This document shows positions 56,877 to 64,000 of a stretch of 64,000 nucleotides of DNA, in pieces. Source of the DNA: an uncultured Holophaga sp. (lineage in GTDB: Bacteria > Acidobacteriota > Holophagae > Holophagales > Holophagaceae); assembly GCA_963664825.1 (NCBI GenBank), contig OY761614.1, positions 3,328,001 to 3,392,000 of the forward strand, written 5' to 3'. The notes under the pieces are model-generated. The model was not told the DNA's origin, made no database searches, and worked only from the letters and a program-made list of their open reading frames with translations. Numbering within the stretch: position 1 is the first letter of the stretch; the number at the start of each line of letters is the position of its first letter. Position numbers and translations under genes: made by a program.

Positions 56877-57659
56877 TCATTCCTGCTTCCGATAGACGGC
56901 GGTGGCCTTTTCATGTTCCTTGCCCGGCACCCAGAAGACCTGGGTCAGGGTCTGGCCGTCCCTGGAGACCTTGAGGGTGCCCAGGTTCACCACCTTGTCG
57001 TTGTACTTGTTGACGTATTTCAGGTGCGAGGGGCCCGCCATCGTGATGGAGATGGTGTAGCCCTCCGGGGTTTCGGGGCCGACGTAGGGGAAAGGCGTTC
57101 CATCGGTGGGACCGGTGGCGATCTCCTTGTCGGCGGGGATTTCCAGACGGATCTGGCCCGGCGCGGGGACCCCGATGATGAAGGTCTCGCTGGTGGTCTG
57201 GGCCTGGATATTCTTCCAGGTGCCCAGGAGCCCTGGCCCCCCGGAGACCCGGGTATAGACGTCCTTGCCTTGAGTCTGGGTGCCATCGGGCCGGAAGCTC
57301 GTGTACTCGATGGTCAGGGTCTTCCCGTCGGCGCTGAGGCTGCGGTGGCTCTTGCCGGCGACCTTGTCTCCCAACTGCCATTCCGAATCCCAGGCATTCT
57401 CGCCCACCGGGGTCCAGGTGACGGTGTAGCCCCCCATATTGGGATAGGGCTTCCCGTCCAGGCCAAAATCGAATTCCCGGGTGCTGCCATTGGAAAAGTG
57501 CATCAGGCCCGAGGAGGTGGTGGAGTAGGTGAAGGTGTCCCCGGTGAAATGGCTCTTTTCGGTATCCAGCTTCCAGGTGCCCTGGAAGGGGCTCGGGGCG
57601 GCCATGGCGGGGCCCGCGGTGGAAACCAGCAGGACGAGGGCGAAGGCGAGGTTCTTCAT
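56877..57659 (-). CDS. Exported hypothetical protein with two tandem lipocalin-like (GTWK) domains
   Basis: GGAGG ribosome-binding site, AMA signal peptide, internal duplication GTWK..S.DG.TLT. Confidence 0.75.
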   Translation of the reverse strand: MKNLAFALVLLVSTAGPAMAAPSPFQGTWKLDTEKSHFTGDTFTYSTTSSGLMHFSNGSTREFDFGLDGKPYPNMGGYTVTWTPVGENAWDSEWQLGDKVAGKSHRSLSADGKTLTIEYTSFRPDGTQTQGKDVYTRVSGGPGLLGTWKNIQAQTTSETFIIGVPAPGQIRLEIPADKEIATGPTDGTPFPYVGPETPEGYTISITMAGPSHLKYVNKYNDKVVNLGTLKVSRDGQTLTQVFWVPGKEHEKATAVYRKQE

Positions 57660-57818
57660 GGAGACCTCCAGGAAAATAGGGTTGAAAACACCGTGATGCT
57701 TCCATGTGTTTTCTCTTTTTTATCCTTCCACAGGCAGCCTCACGGACGAGAGGGAGCTATTCCACACCTCATCACCCTCTCGAGTCAAGGGGGAACGAAG
57801 GCCTCCGACGAGGCTGGC

Positions 57819-58186
57819 TTAGAACCGCATGGGCTTGAGCCTTCCGTTGTTTTTCACCCCCAGGCAGATGGGGCGCAGGGGCACCTCCACCCGCAGGCTC
57901 ACGTAGCGCCCCCGGATGGGCAGGCTGGGATCTGCGGGCAGGGCGTGCAGCCAGAAGCGGGGCCGGGTGGCGCGATCCACCAGCAGTGGGCCGCCACGAA
58001 GAACAGGGACCCCGCGCCCACCATCAGGGCACCGAAGGCGAGGGCGAGGATCGCGGGCCAGCGCAGGCGGGCGGGAGCTCCCGCGTCCAGGGACGCCTCA
58101 AAGCGCAGGATGGCTGCGGCCTAGACTTCGTCCCGCAACCCGGCCTCCCGCCAGCGGCAGAGGTGATCGTTCAACAGGGGATTCAT
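57819..58186 (-). pseudogene. Relic of DUF2157 membrane protein (N-terminus, in-frame stop) joined to a GDYXXLXY-family fragment
   Basis: MNPLLNDHLCRWREAGLRDEV*AAAILRFE..RWPAILALAFGALMVGAGSLFFVAAH, then in another frame DRATRPRFWLHALPADPSLPIRGRYVSLRVEV. Confidence 0.7.
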
Positions 58187-58254
58187 GCGAAGAGTCTATC
58201 CCTGATTTCCTGCCCCAATGGCCTTGCCTTCAGCGCGTGGAATGCACTGGGCGT

Positions 58255-58845
58255 TCAAGGCCTCTCGCGACCCGGCCCTAGTTCGATCGAGGGCGTGCGC
58301 CACGTCTCCGGATCGACGGCAGTACCCGCCTTGTAGTTGAGAACATCCAAGCGCTCGGGCACGATCTTCACGAGGACGAGATTTTTCAGGCCCGGAAAGG
58401 CATGATCCCAGTACGCCCGCTTGCGCTTCTGGATCTCGGCCGGATCCTCGACGAGCACAGCCCGGCCCGCCAGGGCGAGGTAGCCGACCGGCTTGGAATG
58501 GTCCGCATAGTAGAGGGTGACCCGAGGATCCCTTCGGAGCTCCCGGACTTTCCGGCTGCGGGTGTTCGTGGCGAACCAGACCGTCATGTCCTCTTCGGGC
58601 GGAAAGGGACTCATGGTCCTCACCTGGGGACGCCCCGTTTCGTCCAGGGTGATCAACGCACAGTACGTCTGGCCTGCCATGATTTCCCGGGCCGCGGCGA
58701 TCGTCTTCGCACGCTGCGGGGCCGAGGGCCGCCCGCCTATGGTTTGCGCCCACATCGGCACGGCCAAGACGAGCAGCGAAAAAATCGAGGTGCAGACGAG
58801 TCTCCCGCGGGGCTCCGGCCTTCGGGTGTGCGTGTCACAGGACAT
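58255..58845 (-). CDS. Pyridoxamine 5'-phosphate oxidase-like FMN-binding protein
   Basis: [36 protein letters not shown] ribosome-binding site; N-terminal hydrophobic segment. Confidence 0.8.
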   Translation of the reverse strand: MSCDTHTRRPEPRGRLVCTSIFSLLVLAVPMWAQTIGGRPSAPQRAKTIAAAREIMAGQTYCALITLDETGRPQVRTMSPFPPEEDMTVWFATNTRSRKVRELRRDPRVTLYYADHSKPVGYLALAGRAVLVEDPAEIQKRKRAYWDHAFPGLKNLVLVKIVPERLDVLNYKAGTAVDPETWRTPSIELGPGRERP

Positions 58846-59135
58846 GGGTTCCTCCTCCGGAACAGGAGAGCACGCCGGACCCATCGAGGTGGGGAATCCG
58901 GGGTAAAACGCCCCCCTACGGGGCAGTTGGCAATCGGCAAGGGGTGGACCGCCGGATCCCTCCGGACACATTCGCTCGTTTTTTAGGGCATTCCGCGGTA
59001 TCCTGCTTTGTCGTACTTGGAAGGCACGCGCCGGTCGGTGCCTTTATCCTACGGGTTTCTCAGTTCGAATACCCTTCATGCCCTGACCGGGCCCCGTCAG
59101 CAAGCTGCTGTCGGGCGGGCCAACCAGGAGCACTA

Positions 59136-60464
59136 ATGTCCTTTGAAAACTTGGGCCTCATGCCCGAGCTGCTGCTTGCCGTACGCGAGCAGGGCTACGA
59201 AATCCCCACCCCCGTCCAGGCCCAGGCCATTCCCCTCATCCTCCAGGGTCAGGACGTGATGGCCGGCGCCCAGACAGGCACGGGCAAGACCGCGGCCTTC
59301 GTGCTGCCCATCCTCCAGATGCTGGCCCCCATGGCCAACACCAGCACCTCTCCCGCCCGCCATCCCATCCGGGTCCTCATCCTCACCCCCACCCGCGAGC
59401 TGGCCATGCAGGTGGAAGAGAGCGTGCGCACCTACGGCAAGCATCTGCCCCTGCGCTCCACCACCATCTTCGGCGGCGTCAATATCAACCCCCAGATCAA
59501 GGCCCTGCGCGCAGGCGTCGAGATCCTCGTGGCCACCCCCGGCCGCCTGCTGGATCACTACCAGCAGGGCACCCTGCACTTCGGCAGCCTCCAATTCCTG
59601 GTGCTGGACGAGGCCGATCGCATGCTCGACATGGGCTTCATCCGCGATATCAAGAAGATCCTTGCCCTCCTGCCCACCCAGCGCCAGAGCGTCCTCTGCT
59701 CGGCCACCTTCGGCGGCGAGATCCGCGGACTGGCCTCCAGCCTCTTGAAGAACCCCGTCTCCGTGGATGTGGCCCCTCGTAATACGGCCGCCAGCTTGGT
59801 GCGCCAGATGGTGCTGCCCGTGGACCGCAACCGCAAGAAGGCCCTGCTCTCCTACCTGGTCAAGACCCGGCCCATGGAGCAGGTGCTGGTCTTCACCCGC
59901 ACCAAGCATGGCGCCAACCACCTCTCCGAACAGCTGGAGCGGGACGGCATCCCCTGCTCGGCCATCCACGGCAACAAGAGCCAGCCCCAGCGCATCAAGG
60001 CCCTCGAGGACTTCAAGGCCGGCAATATCCAGGTGCTGGTCGCCACCGATATCGCCGCTCGCGGCCTGGATATCGATCAGCTGCCTCATGTGGTAAATTT
60101 CGAACTGCCTCACGTGGCCGAGGACTACATCCACCGCATCGGCCGCACGGGCCGAGCCGGAAGCGAGGGGGAGGCCCTCAGCCTAGTCTGCGTCGACGAG
60201 CTCAAGCTCCTGAAGGACATCGAAAAGCTGCTGAAGAAGGATCTCCCCAAGCAGGTGATCCCGGACTTCGAGCCCGATCCCAGCATCAAGGCCGAGCCCA
60301 TCATCACCGGTCGGGGCGGCTCCGGTGGAGGGCGTTCCCCCAGGCCCGGTGGACAGGGGGGTGGCAGGTCGGGTTCCTCGGCCGGACGCATTTCCTCCAG
60401 CCGTTCCGAGCGCAGCAGCGTCCACGCCCAGCCCCGCACGCGCACATCCCCCCGGGGGAAGTGA
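59136..60464 (+). CDS. rhlE: DEAD-box RNA helicase (RhlE-like)
   Basis: [21 protein letters not shown] and [10 protein letters not shown]; Gly/Arg-rich tail; AGGAG ribosome-binding site. Confidence 0.92.
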   Translation: MSFENLGLMPELLLAVREQGYEIPTPVQAQAIPLILQGQDVMAGAQTGTGKTAAFVLPILQMLAPMANTSTSPARHPIRVLILTPTRELAMQVEESVRTYGKHLPLRSTTIFGGVNINPQIKALRAGVEILVATPGRLLDHYQQGTLHFGSLQFLVLDEADRMLDMGFIRDIKKILALLPTQRQSVLCSATFGGEIRGLASSLLKNPVSVDVAPRNTAASLVRQMVLPVDRNRKKALLSYLVKTRPMEQVLVFTRTKHGANHLSEQLERDGIPCSAIHGNKSQPQRIKALEDFKAGNIQVLVATDIAARGLDIDQLPHVVNFELPHVAEDYIHRIGRTGRAGSEGEALSLVCVDELKLLKDIEKLLKKDLPKQVIPDFEPDPSIKAEPIITGRGGSGGGRSPRPGGQGGGRSGSSAGRISSSRSERSSVHAQPRTRTSPRGK

Positions 60465-60485
60465 TCCTAATCCGTTCACAGGAAT

Positions 60486-60513
60486 CGGGGGCCTCAGGGC
60501 CCCCGTTCTTTTT
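60486..60513 (+). terminator. Rho-independent terminator of rhlE
   Basis: CGGGGGCC-TCAG-GGCCCCCG followed by TTCTTTTT. Confidence 0.85.
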
Positions 60514-63110
60514 CAGTTTGAAGCCTCCGCTGCCAGGGCCAGCACTTCCCGCAAGGCGGTCTCGAACTGGCGGAAGGTGAAGGGCTTCTGGAGGAAGCCC
60601 CTGGGTTCAAGGGCATCCAGGACCTCGGGGATCGCCTCCCGACTGTAGCCGCTGCACAGGACCACGGGCATCCCCGGGGCCTCGCGCCGAATCTCGGCAT
60701 AAACCTCCAGGCCTCCCCGACGGGGCATGGTGAGATCTAGCACCACGATACTGAGGGTGGAGCGATGTGCCTGGAAGAGGGTCCAGGCCTCCTCGCCATC
60801 CGCGGCTTCGATCACCTGGAAACCCAGGCGCTCAGCCATTTTCCGCGAAGTCTCGCGAATGGTGATCTCGTCTTCGGCCAGCAGGAGGGTTCCCGAGAGG
60901 CCGGCCGAACCCCGAAGGTTGGAAGCAAGGGCCTCGATCCTAGAGGACTCCATGTGAGCCACAGGGAAGTAGAGTTCGATGCAGGTGCCCTCACCGGGCT
61001 TGGAATGGATTTTGAGGCCTGCCCCGTGACTGCGGAGGATGCCCCGGGTGGCAGAGAGCCCCAGGCCGCGCCCCGTGGGCTTGGTGGTGAAGAAGGGATC
61101 AAAGATCCGGGCGAGCACCTCCGGTTCCATGCCGCAGCCCTCATCGCGCACTCTCAGGGTGACGTATTCGCCGGCTTTGAGCGGATCCCCCAGCAGCCTC
61201 CGCTCCAGCGCAGGCGCATTCAGAGTCTCGAGGCCCGTGGTCAGTTCCACCCTTCCGACCCGGTCCTCGAAGGCTTCGCTGGCGTTCATCACCAGGTTCA
61301 TCACCACCTGCTGGAGCTGGATCCGGTCTCCCAGGATCAGCGGCAGGCTCTCCCGGAGCCGAAGCTCCAGATGGACCTTCTTGGACCTGGAAACCCCCAG
61401 GAGTTCGGCCATCTCACCCACCAGGACATTCAGGTCCACAGGTTCCACCTGGAAGGTCCCCTGCCCCGAGTAGGCAAGCAGCTGCCGGGCCAGATCCGCG
61501 GCGCGCTGGATGCTGGTATCCATGCGTTCGAAGTGTTCGGAGGGATCGGTGCCATCCTCGATCATCAGGCGGGCCAAGCTCAGGTGCCCCTGGATCGCCG
61601 CCAGCAGGTTATTGAAATCATGGGCAATGCCACCCGCCAGGAGCCCGAGGCTCTCCAGCTTCTGGGTCTGCAGGAGGGCATCGGCCTGGGCGTGGCGTTC
61701 CGTCACGTCCCGAGCCACCCAGATCACGCAGGCCCGTTCATCGATATCCACATCCATGGGCGCCACCCGGGCCTCGAAATAGAGCAACCCCTTGGGGGTC
61801 TGCAGGGCATAGTCCAGGGACTGGATCTGCCGCTCCTTCAAGGCCTGGCTAATGGTCGCCCGAACGGCCTCTGCCAACTCGGGCCGGAGGATTTCATCCA
61901 CCCCGCGGCCCAGGAGCTGGGCGGGCGGAGCCGCCAGCTGTCCATCATCCGAGGTGAGCACCTCGACGTAGACCCCCTCGGCATCCAGCACCATGATGGC
62001 ATCCGGCATGACGCGGGTGATGGCGCGAAGGCGCGATTCGCTGTGGTGAAGCTCGGCCGTCATCTCCTGGGCCAGTTCGCGCGCCCGTCGGCCGGTGCGG
62101 TTGAGGGCGCGGATCCAGCCCGCGAGCAGGAGGGTCGTCTGGAGCCCCACCAACAGGATGAGCCAGGGAAACCCGACCTCCCCGGCCTGGAAGAAGGCCG
62201 GGCCAGCCTCGAAACGCATCTCCCAGCGGCGCCCGCCGATCCCCAGTTCCTCCCGACTCGAGAGCCCCCTGGGGCCGAAGCGCTGCCACCAGCGTCGAGG
62301 AAGATTTGCCACGCTCTCAAGGAAAACCAGGGGCCGCCCCGAATTGCTCACATCCGCGAGGCGCAGTCGGATTCCATCCGCATTCACGCGGGCCGCGGCC
62401 TCTGCGGTGAGCTGCTGCACCAGGAAGACCGCGTTCCCGTAGCCCACAAAGACCCGGCGCCGTTCCTCGAGTGTCGAGGGGACGCCCTGCCCCTGGTAGA
62501 CCGCCAGGCGAAGCACCAGGCCCGGGCCCGCCTCTGGAGCCTGGGCCAGCGCCATGGGGTCACTGGCCTGGACTTCCCCGCTATCTCGCGCAGCCACCAG
62601 GGAGGCGCGCTGGGCCTCGGTGCTGGCCGAATTGAAGCCCAGGGCCCGGATATTGGGCTGTTCGGGCTCTTCGAAGAGGATGATGGCATCGCCTTCGAAG
62701 CCTATGGCCGGATGGATCCGAAGCTCGCGGCCATGTTCGGCCCGCAGGCGCCTTTCCACGGCCTCCGGGCCACTGGAAGCGAGGGGGATCCCGTAGGCCA
62801 CGCCCAGGAGCCCGGGATAGTTCTTCTCGAGATTCAGAGATCTAAGGTAGGTGCGAAAGCGCGCCCGATTCATCCCACCGTCGGCCTGGGCCAGACCCCG
62901 AACCCCTCGCAGCAGATCCTCGCAGTTCCGCAGGCGATTCTCCAACCGCCCCCTGGCCTCGAGGACTGCAACCCCGAAGCGGGCCTTCGCCCGTCCATGC
63001 TGGACCGCCCAGACAAGCACGAAGCAACCCACGCTAAGCAGGAGGCCACCCAACAAGATCCCCTTGGCGAGACCGGAATCGGAGCGCACAGGGCCTGTGG
63101 GGGCGTTCAA
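60513..63110 (-). CDS. Hybrid sensor histidine kinase (CHASE-PAS-HisKA-HATPase-REC)
   Basis: Two TM helices flanking a CHASE-like region, GGIAHDFNNLL, FFTTKPTGRGLGL and a C-terminal REC domain; TTG start behind GGAGG. Confidence 0.9.
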   Translation of the reverse strand: MNAPTGPVRSDSGLAKGILLGGLLLSVGCFVLVWAVQHGRAKARFGVAVLEARGRLENRLRNCEDLLRGVRGLAQADGGMNRARFRTYLRSLNLEKNYPGLLGVAYGIPLASSGPEAVERRLRAEHGRELRIHPAIGFEGDAIILFEEPEQPNIRALGFNSASTEAQRASLVAARDSGEVQASDPMALAQAPEAGPGLVLRLAVYQGQGVPSTLEERRRVFVGYGNAVFLVQQLTAEAAARVNADGIRLRLADVSNSGRPLVFLESVANLPRRWWQRFGPRGLSSREELGIGGRRWEMRFEAGPAFFQAGEVGFPWLILLVGLQTTLLLAGWIRALNRTGRRARELAQEMTAELHHSESRLRAITRVMPDAIMVLDAEGVYVEVLTSDDGQLAAPPAQLLGRGVDEILRPELAEAVRATISQALKERQIQSLDYALQTPKGLLYFEARVAPMDVDIDERACVIWVARDVTERHAQADALLQTQKLESLGLLAGGIAHDFNNLLAAIQGHLSLARLMIEDGTDPSEHFERMDTSIQRAADLARQLLAYSGQGTFQVEPVDLNVLVGEMAELLGVSRSKKVHLELRLRESLPLILGDRIQLQQVVMNLVMNASEAFEDRVGRVELTTGLETLNAPALERRLLGDPLKAGEYVTLRVRDEGCGMEPEVLARIFDPFFTTKPTGRGLGLSATRGILRSHGAGLKIHSKPGEGTCIELYFPVAHMESSRIEALASNLRGSAGLSGTLLLAEDEITIRETSRKMAERLGFQVIEAADGEEAWTLFQAHRSTLSIVVLDLTMPRRGGLEVYAEIRREAPGMPVVLCSGYSREAIPEVLDALEPRGFLQKPFTFRQFETALREVLALAAEASN

Positions 63111-63300
63111 GGGACCTCCCAAGGGGAGCTGGATCAGAGGGCTAGCTCACAAGTTCGGGGCCGTTGCGTAATCATCAAGATTTCCCTGCTTTTTCGTTAG
63201 GGCCCATTATGTCCTGCCGCCCTCCAAACGCCATGATTATTCTGTGACAAAGGCTTAGCACCCGACTCAACCGGGGATTCAAGGTTTCCTCTGGCGCGCT

Positions 63301-63999
63301 CTAGCGCAATCCGTAGGTGCCTCTCAGGATCCATTCGAAGAGGGCCGGAGGCAGGACCCGGTGGGCCACCTGGGCCCAGTAGCTATCCTTGCCCACGATG
63401 ACTCGCCTGGGAGGACGGCGGGCACAGATGGCATTAGCGATCCGCTTCGCGCAGGCCTCGGCCTTCAACCCATGCTGGGCGGCGAAATCCTCCCGCCGGG
63501 TGGCGTAGCGGTGGATGGCCTGTTCGTACCGCGTGCCCTGAGCCCGTTCCGGGAGGTCGCCCCAGGCCCGCTTCAGGGTGGCGCGGAAGGCCGAATGGAT
63601 GGCGCCGGGTTCCACCAGGATGACCTTGATACCCGGGCTGATCTCCACCCGCAGGCTCTCGGCCAGGGCCACCACGGCGTGTTTGCTGGCGTTGTAGGCC
63701 CCGGCCATGGGAATGGAGAGGCGCCCCAGCACCGAGGCCACCTGGACGATGCGCCCCTCACCGGGCGCGGCATGGGCGGAGATGAGGGGCAGGAAGGCGT
63801 TGGTCACGGCCTGGAGGCCGATGACGTTGGTCTCGAATTGGGCCCGCAGTTCCTCCATGCGCAGCAGTTCCAGGGGGCCCATCTGGCCGTAGCCCGCGTT
63901 ATTGACAAGGGCTGTCAGGCAGAGATCCCGGCAGGCTTCAGCGGCTCGCGCGATGCTCGCACCGTCGGTCACATCCAGCTCCAGCTTGCGGAGATCTTC
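63301..63999 (-). CDS. Short-chain dehydrogenase/reductase; 5' end outside window
   Basis: LDVTD, VNNAGYG, YNASK and VEPG motifs. Confidence 0.9.
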   Translation of the reverse strand, partial: EDLRKLELDVTDGASIARAAEACRDLCLTALVNNAGYGQMGPLELLRMEELRAQFETNVIGLQAVTNAFLPLISAHAAPGEGRIVQVASVLGRLSIPMAGAYNASKHAVVALAESLRVEISPGIKVILVEPGAIHSAFRATLKRAWGDLPERAQGTRYEQAIHRYATRREDFAAQHGLKAEACAKRIANAICARRPPRRVIVGKDSYWAQVAHRVLPPALFEWILRGTYGLR

Positions 64000-64000
64000 C

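Overview
GC-rich bacterial chromosome segment; gene style suggests Acidobacteriota/Holophagaceae, but that is inference only. Bases 1-31.7 kb hold a large Wzx/Wzy surface-polysaccharide region made of two operons that converge on each other. The left (+) operon is capD/pglF-like, a DegT aminotransferase, GT2, an initiating sugar transferase, then GNAT, deacetylase-like and AAC(3)-like tailoring genes. The right (-) operon is wza, wzc, wbpB-A-D-E, wzx, wzy, GT4, a deacetylase, an LbH acyltransferase and a GNAT. Between them lies a mirror-symmetric cassette of two back-to-back PilZ-2TM + Ig-like/beta-helix modules. These share an apparently perfect 1,651-bp inverted repeat; one module is a single fused ORF and the other is split and carries a 252-bp repeat stalk. 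An intact IS66 element follows. Next come purD, a LytS/LytTR pair and an uncharacterised five-gene operon whose products all carry signal peptides (small protein, outer-membrane beta-barrel, PKD protein, 2,273-aa protein, FN3 protein), a candidate export or surface-assembly system. The rest contains polA (with a diverged copy of its own 5' end as an upstream mini-ORF), a yedE/cysteine desulfurase/DUF3343 cluster, an FHA protein, an rlmA-like gene, a DUF2157/GDYXXLXY deletion relic, rhlE, a CHASE hybrid kinase and a partial SDR. No rRNA, tRNA or CRISPR array was recognised. All family calls come from motif recognition by eye, not database searches.
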